A stretch of DNA of 64,000 nucleotides, taken from assembly GCA_031268145.1 (NCBI GenBank), contig JAIRXS010000022.1:9574-73573 (forward strand). Direction: 5' to 3'. Below the pieces are notes generated by a model. It did not search any database. It was not told the origin of the DNA and saw only the letters and a list, made by a program, of their open reading frames with translations. Source of the stretch: Candidatus Endomicrobiellum siamense. Lineage in GTDB: Bacteria; Elusimicrobiota; Endomicrobiia; Endomicrobiales; Endomicrobiaceae. Below are positions 27,875 through 37,483 of this stretch, piece after piece. Position numbers and translations under genes: made by a program. How positions within the stretch are numbered: the first letter of the stretch is position 1; every line of letters starts with the position of its first letter.

Positions 27875-28823
27875 TTATTTAAAAATCAAAAGTGGACTGT
27901 CAAAAAGGAACAAAGTGCCTGCAAAAGGCAAATATCTTGCAGGCGTAGCATGTTTAGCATGGTGTTTTTGACAATTTGTGTATCTAAAAGTGTTTGATTT
28001 CTTCAAAAGCGAAGTTGACAGGATTGGTTGTCAAGCTTATAAATGCGAATATCAACATCATCATAAGGATTTAAATCATTAACTTTAATTTTGGAAGTTT
28101 TTAAAGAAATAGTCCTTATATCCATTAGCGCATCTATGGAGTCTTAAAGCAAAAATATCGTTTTTTGATAAAATATGACTGATAATAACTATATGACAAT
28201 CTGTCTCAACAAATCTTGCTTCCGTCAATACTTGTTATTAAATACCATTTCTTACCAGCTAATGGTGCAAATAATGGTGACTGTTGTCGTGTTGTATTAG
28301 TTCGCCAGTGTTGTTTGTTATCACAAACCTCTCATGCTTGCTTTGGCTCTTTCGCCTTTGTTTGTAATAACTCCACTTCTTTGCCCGGTTTATTATTGTA
28401 GGTACTGAAATCCTATACCATATTTGCGTTTTATTTTCTGTGAAAAATAACTGTAATTATACCATTGTGTTGGAACTTCTGGATTATTAACTAACTTTTT
28501 ACTTGTTTCTAATTCATTTAGTATTAAATTGTCATATTTATTCTCAAGTTTTCGGTTTATTGCCTGTCTGCTATATTCTATACTAAAATTGATGCCTTTT
28601 TGACGATATTTTTTAATCAAATCAAAAAATCTACTTCTTCCTAGTCCTAGTATTTCTTGTATAGTTTCTCTTTTGGCTTTACCTCTTTCATACTTGTTTA
28701 ATATTTCTTTTACTTGTTCACTATTAAATTTCTTGTGTAGCTGCTTCATATCTTAAACCCTCCTTTTTAGGTTTAAGATATTTTCTCTTTTTACTAATCA
28801 GTCCGATTTTGATTTTTAAATAA
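27875..28823 (-). mobile_element. degraded IS element: rve/DDE-type transposase remnants bounded by 25-bp imperfect inverted repeats
   Basis: IR ttatttaaaaatcaaaagtggactg (27875..27899) matches the reverse complement of 28799..28823 at 23 of 25 positions. The N-terminal HTH ORF 28393..28749 begins 'MKQLHKKFNSEQVKEIL...'. Downstream out-of-frame remnants read 'GELIQHDNSHH' and 'GKKWYLITSIDGS'. At about 0.95 kb it is too short for an intact element of this type. Confidence 0.7.
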
Positions 28824-28825
28824 CG

Positions 28826-28969
28826 AACTACTACAAGAACTTGACCTTTAACAATGAATTACAGATTGATTCTTTAGATCAATATATTTGTACAGGTGTA
28901 TTGTTAATGAATATTAAAAAAATGAGAGATGACAATATGCAAAAAAATTATCTTTTTTCAATGAAATAG
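28826..28969 (+). pseudogene. glycosyltransferase family 8-like fragment
   Basis: A 47-codon open stretch contains 'LDQYICTGVLLMNIKKMRDDNMQKN', resembling the GT8 'YFNxGVLLxNLKKWR' block. It has no start and abuts the IS end. Confidence 0.35.
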
Positions 28970-29204
28970 AAAATAAATATGTAAAAAGTTAATTAATTTT
29001 AGGAATTCAAATATTTGTGAATTTTCTAATCAAATCATAGACGTAGCTCGCAGAATTCCTGTTATAACTTGCCCAATAAACAGAATATTGGATTCCATAT
29101 CTGGGCTGTACAAGTCTGTTATTTGTGGAACACAAATTAATCATATATAGGGATACTAAATATTAATTAGTATCCCTAAAGTATTTTTGCAAGAATCAGT
29201 TTTC

Positions 29205-30437
29205 TTAATTACATTTACAAGATTTTATTTCTTTTATTATATTTGGAATTATTTCAAAAAGGTCGCCTTCTAACGCATAAGTAGCTGTTTGCATCATATA
29301 GCAAGAAGAATCTTTATTTATTGCAACAATAATATCAGCATTTACACCAACATTATGCTGGATATTTCCAGATATTCCACAAGCTATATAAATTTTAGGT
29401 GAAACTGTTTTACCTGTTTGGCCTATTTGATGAGAATAAGGAATCCAACCAGTATCAACAGCAGCTCTAGAAGCCCCTACTGCTCCACCTAAAAGATCTG
29501 CTAATTCTTTTAGAAGTTTAAAACCTTCAGCGCTACCTACACCTCTTCCTCCTGAAACGACAATATCTGCATCAGAAATATCTATACAAATACTTTCATC
29601 CTTCATAAATCCTAAAAATTTTGTTCTATTTATTATTGTTTTCGCATCTATTTTAAAATCAATAATTTCTCCTGTTCTTCCTTCCTCTACCTGAACTTCT
29701 TTAAACACTTTATGTCTAACCGTAGACATTTGAGGACGGTGTTCAGGCGTCATAATAGTAGCCATAATATTCCCGCCAAAAGCAGGCCTAGTTTGTTTTA
29801 AATTTCTTGTTTGCGTGTCTACTTCCAAAGATATACAGTCTGCAGTAAGCCCGGTTTTAATTTTTGCTGCAACTCTTGGAGCAAAAGAACGCCCTATATC
29901 TGTAGCTCCTATCAAGATAATCTCTGGTTTTTCTTTTTCTATTAAGTGAGAAAAAACCAGTGAATACGGATCCTCTTGAAATTCAATAAAAATAGGATCA
30001 TCACAAACATAAACCTTATCTGCTCCTCTATTAATTAATTCTTGAGCTTTTGATTTAATGTTATCTCCAATCAAAACCGCACTGAGAGTTGTTCCATACT
30101 CTTTTGCAAGATATTTCCCCTTATTTAAAAGTTCATATGATACCCTATGAATAACTCCATGCCTTTGCTCGGCAAATACCCAAACGCCTTTATAAAGACT
30201 TTTATCAATACTTGTCATTGGAACATCTTTTTTTAATTCTATTGCATTAAACTTACATGTTTGGCTACATGTACCGCAATAAGTACACCTATTTAAATCT
30301 ATACTTGCAAGCATAAATTTTTTAGAGTGTTCTTGTTCTGGCCTTTCAATCATAGAAATTGCATTAAAAGGACAAGCTTTAGCGCACATTTGACAGCCAA
30401 CACATTTCTCATTTATTATTTTAATACTATTTGCCAT
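29205..30437 (-). CDS. etfA: electron transfer flavoprotein alpha subunit with N-terminal 2x[4Fe-4S] ferredoxin domain
   Basis: 410 aa. 'CVGCQMCAKACP' and 'CTYCGTCSQTCK' precede a canonical EtfA body ('VVSGGRGVGS', 'GQTGKTVSPKIYIACGISG'). Confidence 0.9.
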   Translation of the reverse strand: MANSIKIINEKCVGCQMCAKACPFNAISMIERPEQEHSKKFMLASIDLNRCTYCGTCSQTCKFNAIELKKDVPMTSIDKSLYKGVWVFAEQRHGVIHRVSYELLNKGKYLAKEYGTTLSAVLIGDNIKSKAQELINRGADKVYVCDDPIFIEFQEDPYSLVFSHLIEKEKPEIILIGATDIGRSFAPRVAAKIKTGLTADCISLEVDTQTRNLKQTRPAFGGNIMATIMTPEHRPQMSTVRHKVFKEVQVEEGRTGEIIDFKIDAKTIINRTKFLGFMKDESICIDISDADIVVSGGRGVGSAEGFKLLKELADLLGGAVGASRAAVDTGWIPYSHQIGQTGKTVSPKIYIACGISGNIQHNVGVNADIIVAINKDSSCYMMQTATYALEGDLFEIIPNIIKEIKSCKCN

Positions 30438-30497
30438 TTTAACAAACTCCCATTTCTGTAAAACAAAAAATTAATCTATAATTCGCTTGTAGAAACT

Positions 30498-31283
30498 TCA
30501 TATAAGTCCAAGATCAGACAGTCTTTTAACCAAATTACTAGCAATTTCTTTTGCGTCGCCTACAAACTTCTCTCCGCCTGTTCTTTGCGGAGGGCTAAAC
30601 GTCTTTACAACCTGAGTTGGAGAACCGCTCAAACCAATTCTTTTTATATCAGCTCCAATAGAGTTTGCATCAAGAGTTTTTATAATAGCTTTTTTAGCAA
30701 GCATTTTTCCTTTAAGAGAAGGTACTCTAGGATTATTTATTTCTTTTACGACTGTAAGTAAAACAGGTAGAGAACTTTCTATTAAATCGTATCCATCTTC
30801 CATCATTCTTTCTACTTTAATAGAATTTTTATCTACACATTCAATTTTTTTAACGCAAGCAACATGCGCTATATTGAGTATTTCTGCTACAGCAGGCCCA
30901 ACTTGTGCGGTATCGCCATCTGCAGCTTGCTTACCGCAAATTATAATATTATAATCGTCTATTGTTTCTATAGCTTTAGATAAAGTATAAGAGGTTGCCA
31001 AAGTATCTGCACCACCAAAGGCTTTGTCACTTATCAAAATAGCTTCATCTGCTCCTCTAGCAATAGCTTCTCTTAAGGCAGATTCTGCCTGTGGAGGTCC
31101 CATAGTTATAACAGTTACCTTGCCACCGAATTTCTCTCTAAGTTGTACTCCTTCTTCTATAGCATATTCATCATAAGGATTTATTATAGACTCTACACCT
31201 TCTCTCTTAAGCCTACCTGTTTGAGGATCAATTTGTACATTTGTCGTGTTAGGTACTTGCTTAATACAAACAATTATATTCAT
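30498..31283 (-). CDS. etfB: electron transfer flavoprotein beta subunit (bifurcating-type by similarity to clostridial EtfB)
   Basis: 261 aa with 'MNIIVCIKQVPNTT', 'IINPYDEYAIEE', 'ITMGPPQA' and 'GKQAADGDTAQVG'. Confidence 0.9.
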   Translation of the reverse strand: MNIIVCIKQVPNTTNVQIDPQTGRLKREGVESIINPYDEYAIEEGVQLREKFGGKVTVITMGPPQAESALREAIARGADEAILISDKAFGGADTLATSYTLSKAIETIDDYNIIICGKQAADGDTAQVGPAVAEILNIAHVACVKKIECVDKNSIKVERMMEDGYDLIESSLPVLLTVVKEINNPRVPSLKGKMLAKKAIIKTLDANSIGADIKRIGLSGSPTQVVKTFSPPQRTGGEKFVGDAKEIASNLVKRLSDLGLI

Positions 31284-31316
31284 TTTTTCTCCGCATCTAA
31301 CAATATAAATAAAAAA

Positions 31317-32486
31317 TTATTTTGATTTTGCTGCAGATTCTTTTATAAGATTAAGAGCAATTTCGTTTTTCTGAATTTGACTGGTCCCTTCATAAAGAGT
31401 CGTTATTTTAGCATCTCTCATCATTTTTTCTACAGGGAATTCTCTAGAATATCCATATCCTCCAAGAATTTGTACTGCATTTGTTGTAACTTTCATAGCA
31501 ACTTCTGAACAAAAAAGTTTAGCCATTGCAGATTCTTTACTTGTACGTTTTGAAGTTCCAGCATCTATCATTCTTGCAGAAGCATAAAGCAATGCTCTTG
31601 CAGCCTCAACTTCTGTAGCCATGTCTGCAAGCATATGCTGTATCCCTTGAAAAGAAGCTATAGGTTGTCCAAATTGTATTCTTTTTCTTGCATAGTCTAC
31701 TGCTTCATCTAATGCTCCAGCAGCTATACCAAGTGCTTGTGCAGCTACACCGGGACGTGAATTATCTAACGTGGCTTGAGCTATCATTAAACCATGTCCT
31801 TCTTTTCCTAAAAGATTATCTTTGTGTATTTTGCAATCTTTAAATATAAGCTCTCTGGTAGAAGAAGCTCTTATACCCATTTTCTTTTCTTTTTTACCAA
31901 ATTCAAAGCCTGGAGTACCTTTCTCTACTATAAAACAAGATATCCCTCTTGGTCCTTTTGAGGAATTAGTTTTTGCAAAAATTGTATAAGTTTCCGCTTC
32001 ACCACCATTAGTTATAAAACATTTTGTACCATTTAAAATATAATAATCGCCTTCTTTAACTGCGGTAGTAGTCATACCAGTAGCATCAGAGCCTGCACCG
32101 TTTTCAGTTAAACCAAAAGCAGCAAGTTTTTTTCCAGAAGCAATATCTGGCAAATATTTTTTCTTTTGTTCTTCATTCCCAGTTATAAGGATTGGAAGCG
32201 TGCCAAGAGTAGTAGCTGCAAGAGAAAGTGCAATTGCACCGTCAACCTTGCAAAGTTCCTCAACAACAAGCACGAGTCCCATTATACCTTTACCAAAACC
32301 GCCGTACTCTTCAGGTATGTAAACGCCACATAAATCAGCTTGAGCAAATTCTTTTACAATTTCCCATGGAAACTCTTCTTTCTCATCGTAATGTTCTCTA
32401 ACGGGTTTCATTTTTTCTACTGCTATGTTTCTAGCAGTTTCAACCATCATTTGTTCTTCTTCAGACAACATATAATTCATTACCAT
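31317..32486 (-). CDS. acyl-CoA dehydrogenase (butyryl-CoA dehydrogenase-like)
   Basis: 389 aa with 'GLTENGAGSD', 'KCFITNGG', 'QILGGYGYSREFPVEKMMRDAKITTLYEGTSQIQ'. Confidence 0.9.
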   Translation of the reverse strand: MVMNYMLSEEEQMMVETARNIAVEKMKPVREHYDEKEEFPWEIVKEFAQADLCGVYIPEEYGGFGKGIMGLVLVVEELCKVDGAIALSLAATTLGTLPILITGNEEQKKKYLPDIASGKKLAAFGLTENGAGSDATGMTTTAVKEGDYYILNGTKCFITNGGEAETYTIFAKTNSSKGPRGISCFIVEKGTPGFEFGKKEKKMGIRASSTRELIFKDCKIHKDNLLGKEGHGLMIAQATLDNSRPGVAAQALGIAAGALDEAVDYARKRIQFGQPIASFQGIQHMLADMATEVEAARALLYASARMIDAGTSKRTSKESAMAKLFCSEVAMKVTTNAVQILGGYGYSREFPVEKMMRDAKITTLYEGTSQIQKNEIALNLIKESAAKSK

Positions 32487-32535
32487 AAATTTAAACCTCT
32501 CTTAATCTTAATAAATCTATCGGCCTAAATAGTGT

Positions 32536-33234
32536 TTACTTAACATTATTTACGTCGACAGACTTTTCTATATTTTTTAAAGCTCTTTGAGCGGTAATCT
32601 GATGAGCTTCTTTTTTAGAATTTCCAATACCGTTACCCAAAATCTTATTATTTATAAGTACATTTGTCTCAAACTTTTTATTGTGGTCAGGTCCAAATTC
32701 TCTTGTTATTTTATAGTCTGGAATCTTTTTATACAGCTTTTGAACAATTTCTTGAAGTTTACTTTTATAATCTGTTATTACTATTTCTTTTTTTGAATCC
32801 AAAAATTTTAAAATAAATTTTTTCGCTTTTTCAAAACCGCCATCTAAATAAATAGCTCCAACAATAGCCTCAAAAACATCGCAAAGCAAGCTTTCTCTTT
32901 CTCTAGATTCTTTAGTATCATCACTTTTGCCTAATAAAATGTAACTACCCAAACTTATCTCCTGCGCCCAAACACTTAAATTAGGTGCAGAAATAATCTG
33001 AGCCTTCAATTGAGATAACTTACCTTCATTACATTCAGAATAACGCATATATAAAGCTTCTGCTACAATAGCCGACAAAATACTATCGCCTAAAAATTCC
33101 ATGCGCTCATTACAACTTCTTTGATCAACGTGAGAAGCATAAGACTTGTGAGTTAAAGCTGTTATTAAAACTTCAAGATCATTGAACGAATATTCAATAA
33201 TTTCTTGAAGTTTTAATATTTTTTTATTTAACAT
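32536..33234 (-). CDS. rnc: ribonuclease III
   Basis: 232 aa with signature 'NERMEFLGDSIL' and a C-terminal dsRBD 'GPDHNKKFE...GNSKKEAHQITAQRAL'. Confidence 0.95.
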   Translation of the reverse strand: MLNKKILKLQEIIEYSFNDLEVLITALTHKSYASHVDQRSCNERMEFLGDSILSAIVAEALYMRYSECNEGKLSQLKAQIISAPNLSVWAQEISLGSYILLGKSDDTKESRERESLLCDVFEAIVGAIYLDGGFEKAKKFILKFLDSKKEIVITDYKSKLQEIVQKLYKKIPDYKITREFGPDHNKKFETNVLINNKILGNGIGNSKKEAHQITAQRALKNIEKSVDVNNVK

Positions 33235-34465
33235 ACTTTTTTATTACTATTGTAGCGTTATGTCCACCAAATCCTAAAGAATTTGATATTGCACAAGTTA
33301 TAGCTTGCTGTCTTGCTACGTTTGGCACATAGTCCAAATCACAATCAGGATCAGGAATTTGATAGTTAATAGTTGGTGGTATAAAACCCTCTTGCATAGC
33401 AAGAACTGTAGCGACTAATTCAACTCCTGCTGCACCACCTAAAAGATGCCCTGTCATAGATTTTGTAGATGATACAGGTATCTTATATGCTCTATCTCCA
33501 AAAATCTTTTTTATTGCAAAAGTTTCAATTCTATCATTCATAACAGTAGATGTGCCGTGGGCGTTTATGTAGTCAATATCTTCTTTGGAAATGCCAGCAT
33601 CACAAATAGCTTTTTCTATAGCCATAGCTGCACCTTTACCTTCAGGGTCAGGAGCCGTTATATGATAAGCATCGTCAGAGGCACCATAACCTGCAAGCTC
33701 AGCGTATATTTTTGCTCCTCTATTTAAAGCGTGCTCCAAAGTTTCAAGCACAACCATACCGGCGCCTTCTCCCATAACAAAGCCGTCTCTATCTTTATCA
33801 AAAGGCCTAGATGCTTTAAGTGGTTCGTCATTTCTTTGAGAAAGGGCTTTTATAGAACAAAAACCTGCCAAACCTAACGGAGTAATAGCTCCTTCAGAAC
33901 CACCTGCAATTACAACGTCTGCATCTGAACTTCTCATAAGACTCAGAGCATCACCTAAAGCATGGTTAGACGAAGCACAAGCGCTGGTAACAGCATAGTT
34001 TGGTCCAGTAAAACCATATTTTATAGCTATTTCTCCAGGCAGCATATTTGTGATTATCATAGGAATAAGAAAAGGACTTACCCGTCTAGGACCTTTTGCA
34101 AGCAAAGCTTGTTCTTCTTCTTCAATTACATCTAAGCCACCTATGCCTGTTCCTGTTATAACACCAATTCTTGACATATCTTCTTTAGACAAATCTAAAT
34201 TAGAATCCTCTATAGCCATCTTGGCAGCTGCGAAACCAAATTGCGTAAACTTTGCCATTTTCTTTATGTTTTTTTTATCTATAAATTGCTCTGGACTAAA
34301 ATTCTTAACAAGAGCAGCAAATTTTGTAGTATATGCACTAGTATCAAAAAAATCTATTATACTAGTACCTGATTTCCCTGCTTTTAAAGCTTCAGTAAAC
34401 TCAGGTAAACCTATACCTATAGGTGTAACAACTCCTATACCAGTTATAACTATTCTTTTATTCAT
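33224..34465 (-). CDS. fabF: 3-oxoacyl-ACP synthase II
   Basis: 413 aa with active-site 'ACASSNHA', 'NAHGTST' and 'GHLLGGAG'. Confidence 0.95.
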   Translation of the reverse strand: MNKRIVITGIGVVTPIGIGLPEFTEALKAGKSGTSIIDFFDTSAYTTKFAALVKNFSPEQFIDKKNIKKMAKFTQFGFAAAKMAIEDSNLDLSKEDMSRIGVITGTGIGGLDVIEEEEQALLAKGPRRVSPFLIPMIITNMLPGEIAIKYGFTGPNYAVTSACASSNHALGDALSLMRSSDADVVIAGGSEGAITPLGLAGFCSIKALSQRNDEPLKASRPFDKDRDGFVMGEGAGMVVLETLEHALNRGAKIYAELAGYGASDDAYHITAPDPEGKGAAMAIEKAICDAGISKEDIDYINAHGTSTVMNDRIETFAIKKIFGDRAYKIPVSSTKSMTGHLLGGAAGVELVATVLAMQEGFIPPTINYQIPDPDCDLDYVPNVARQQAITCAISNSLGFGGHNATIVIKKYVK

Positions 34466-34476
34466 TTTTTTTTGCC

Positions 34477-34716
34477 TTATTTTGAAGCATGCGCCTTAAT
34501 ATAATCTATAGCATTTCCTACAGTCTGAATTTTCTCTGCTTCTTCATCCGGAATTTCAATACCAAATTCTTCTTCAAAAGCCATAACAAGCTCTACCGTA
34601 TCTAAAGAATCTGCTCCTAAATCATTTACAAAAGATGCCCCTTCTACAACTTCAGCAGGATCTACTCCTAATTGTTCAACAATAATCTCTTTTACTCTAG
34701 CCTCAAAATCTGCCAT
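34477..34716 (-). CDS. acpP: acyl carrier protein
   Basis: The protein carries '[21 protein letters not shown]'. I prefer the ATG at 34716 (SD 'GGGGGAAG' about 6 nt upstream) over the GTG at 34722 used by the track. Confidence 0.95.
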   Translation of the reverse strand: MADFEARVKEIIVEQLGVDPAEVVEGASFVNDLGADSLDTVELVMAFEEEFGIEIPDEEAEKIQTVGNAIDYIKAHASK

Positions 34717-34799
34717 TTTCACTTCCCCCTTTTGTTTCCTTGTTAATATTTGCGTATTCGCAATTTTTATTTACATTATTATGCCTAACGTAATAGTTT

Positions 34800-35543
34800 T
34801 TACATATACATTCCACCATTAACTGCTAAAACATGACCTGTTATATAGGAAGAATCTTCACTTGCAAAAAATAGTGCTGCTTTTGCTATATCAGAAGCTT
34901 CTCCAAGCCTTGCTAAAGGTATATTACTAGACATAGTCTGTTTTTGCTCTTCTGTAAGCTTGTCTGTCATAGCTGTGCGTATAAACCCTGGAGCAATTGC
35001 ATTTACTAAAATATTTCTTGACGCAAATTCTTTTGCGCAAGTCTTTGTCATGGCTATAACACCTCCTTTCGTTGCAGAATAATTTATCTGCCCAGCGTTT
35101 CCCATCTGCCCTACTACAGAAACTATATTTATTATTCTGCCTTGCCTTGCTTTAAGCATAGACTTACTTACAGCTTTTATACAATTAAACACGCCTTTTA
35201 AATTAACAGCAATAACTGCATCCCAGTCAGCTTCTGTCATACGTAAAACGAGATTGTCTCTTGTTATTCCTGCATTGTTTGTTAGTATATCTATTTTTGA
35301 AAATTTGTCAAGAACGACCTTGATCAAATCTTCACATTCTTCTAATTTTGCAACATTGCAAGCACTAGATATAGTTTCAACATTATACTGTGCTTTTATT
35401 TCTTCTGCAGTTTTTAGAGCAGCTTCTGCATTGATATCTGAAATTACAATATTGGCACCTTCATTAGCAAAAGTTTCAGCTATTGCTCTGCCTATACCTT
35501 GGGCTGATCCAGTAATAACAGCCACCTTCCCTTGAAGTCTCAT
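34800..35543 (-). CDS. fabG: 3-oxoacyl-ACP reductase
   Basis: 247 aa with 'VITGSAQGIGRAIA', 'NNAGI' and 'YSATKGGV'. Confidence 0.95.
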   Translation of the reverse strand: MRLQGKVAVITGSAQGIGRAIAETFANEGANIVISDINAEAALKTAEEIKAQYNVETISSACNVAKLEECEDLIKVVLDKFSKIDILTNNAGITRDNLVLRMTEADWDAVIAVNLKGVFNCIKAVSKSMLKARQGRIINIVSVVGQMGNAGQINYSATKGGVIAMTKTCAKEFASRNILVNAIAPGFIRTAMTDKLTEEQKQTMSSNIPLARLGEASDIAKAALFFASEDSSYITGHVLAVNGGMYM

Positions 35544-36472
35544 TTACTTAATTCCTCCAATGTTTTTTGTAAACTTAAATTATCTTCAATATTTAAAGCT
35601 TTTTTTGTTTTATCAATTCTCTTTAAAAGTCCAGATAAAACCCTTCCTGGACCAATTTCTATAAATTTTCCAAATCCTAACTGAATCATGCTCTTTATGC
35701 TCTCATCCCATTTCACTGGACTTTTTATTTGAGCAACAAGTTTTTCTTTTATTTCAGATGCATCTTTTGTAAATTGTGCATCGCAGTTTGTATACACCCC
35801 AAAAACAGGATTACTAAAATTATAATTTTTTAACTCTTTTGACATGTTATCTGAAGCTGAACTCATAAGAGAAGAATGAAAAGGACCAGAAACATTTAAT
35901 ACAACACTCTTTGTTGCTCCTGATGTATTTGCTAATTCTATTGCTTTATTTACTGCTTCTAATGTGCCTGCGATAACTATCTGTCCTGGAGAATTAAAAT
36001 TAACAGCTTCGCAAACACCATAAGAAGAAACTTTAGAACAAATATCTAAAATTTGCTCTTTTTGCATACCTAAAATTGCAACCATAGTGCCGGGATTTTG
36101 ACAAGAAGCTTCGTGAATAAATTTACCTCTAGCTTTTACCATTTCTAACCCGTCTTTAAAATTAAAAAATTCTGCAGCACACAATGCACAGTACTCACCA
36201 AGAGAATGTCCTGCAGCAACAAATTCAGAATTTACAAAATTATAAATTGACTTAAAAACTTCAAATATAGCCATAGAAACAGTAAATATTGCAGGTTGAG
36301 CATTTTGAGTAATCTTTAATGTTTCTTCTGGTCCATTAAAAATAATATTTTTTATATCGTCGCCAGCTAAATCTATAATCTCTTTTGCTTGAGAATATTT
36401 TTCATAAAGATCTCTTCCCATACCAACTGTCTGCGAACCCTGTCCTGGAAACATCAACGCTATTTTTGACAT
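35540..36472 (-). CDS. fabD: malonyl CoA-ACP transacylase
   Basis: 310 aa with 'FPGQGSQTVGMG' and 'GHSLGEY'. Confidence 0.95.
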   Translation of the reverse strand: MSKIALMFPGQGSQTVGMGRDLYEKYSQAKEIIDLAGDDIKNIIFNGPEETLKITQNAQPAIFTVSMAIFEVFKSIYNFVNSEFVAAGHSLGEYCALCAAEFFNFKDGLEMVKARGKFIHEASCQNPGTMVAILGMQKEQILDICSKVSSYGVCEAVNFNSPGQIVIAGTLEAVNKAIELANTSGATKSVVLNVSGPFHSSLMSSASDNMSKELKNYNFSNPVFGVYTNCDAQFTKDASEIKEKLVAQIKSPVKWDESIKSMIQLGFGKFIEIGPGRVLSGLLKRIDKTKKALNIEDNLSLQKTLEELSK

Positions 36473-36487
36473 TATAACCTCTAAATT

Positions 36488-37483
36488 TTAAACTCTTAAC
36501 ACCGTAGCTCCCCACGTAAAACCACCGCCAAAAGCTATAAGCTCAACCAAATCGCCTTTGTTTAGTTTCCCTATTTTTATAGCCTCATCTAGAGCTGTAA
36601 TTGTAGTTGCAGAGGAAATATTTCCAGTTTTATGTATATTAACAAAAACCTTATCCATAGAAATGTCTAACTTCTTTGCAACAGCCTCAATTATTCTCAT
36701 ATTAGCTTGATGAGGAATAAAGAGTTTTATATCTTCTATTGTTTTTTCTGAAATTTCCAAAGCTTTTTGAGCAGCAAACGCCATTTTAGAAATAGCTACC
36801 TTAAAAACTTCTCTACCTTGCATTTTTATTGAATGTAATTTTTCATTTAAAGTTTCAATAGTAGCAGGGTTTATACTTCCTCCTCCTGGTATTAAAAGCA
36901 AATCAGCATAAGATCCATCTGAACCTAAAAATACAGATAAAACATCATCATTGTCTTGCGAAGCAGACAAAACCATAGCACCTGCTCCATCCCCAAATAA
37001 AACACAAGTATTTCTATCAGTCCAATCTGTGATTTTTGAAAGCTCTTCTGAGCCTACTAATAAAACATTTTTATAAAGGCCAGATTCTATAAATGCTTTT
37101 GCAGTGGCAATACCATAAATAAAACCACTGCAAGCTGCAGAAAAATCAAAAGCTGGGACTGAATTTAAACCCAGTTTTTTTTGCAAGAAACAAGCTGTAG
37201 ATGGAAAAAACATATCTGGAGTAATCGTAGCCACCAAAACTAAATCTATTTCTTCAAGCTTAACATTTGCAGATTTAATAGCCTCTAAAGAAGCTCTGTA
37301 TGCAAGGTCTGATGTGTATTCTCCACTAGATGCTATCCTTCTTTCTTTTATTCCAGTTCTCGTACTTATCCATTCATCAGAAGTGTCAACCATTTTTTCT
37401 AAGTCAGCATTAGTAAGCACCTTGCTTGGAAAATATGAACCTGTACCTAAAATTTTAGTACCAATTTTTTTATTCATTATCAT
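36488..37483 (-). CDS. fabH: 3-oxoacyl-ACP synthase III
   Basis: 331 aa with 'AACSGFIYG', 'HQANMRI' and 'GNISSATT'. Confidence 0.95.
   Translation of the reverse strand: MIMNKKIGTKILGTGSYFPSKVLTNADLEKMVDTSDEWISTRTGIKERRIASSGEYTSDLAYRASLEAIKSANVKLEEIDLVLVATITPDMFFPSTACFLQKKLGLNSVPAFDFSAACSGFIYGIATAKAFIESGLYKNVLLVGSEELSKITDWTDRNTCVLFGDGAGAMVLSASQDNDDVLSVFLGSDGSYADLLLIPGGGSINPATIETLNEKLHSIKMQGREVFKVAISKMAFAAQKALEISEKTIEDIKLFIPHQANMRIIEAVAKKLDISMDKVFVNIHKTGNISSATTITALDEAIKIGKLNKGDLVELIAFGGGFTWGATVLRV

Noticed and set aside
29121-29177. Hairpins atttgtg-gaa-cacaaat and agggatacta-N9-tagtatccct downstream of etfA as a defined terminator
   Set aside because: The stems are real. On the etfA (minus) strand no U-tract follows, and the better T-run is on the plus strand behind a dead GT8 fragment. 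The function is too ambiguous to annotate.
34050-34499. 149-aa plus-strand ORF
   Set aside because: It is antisense to fabF and the acpP junction. This is a shadow ORF with no motifs.
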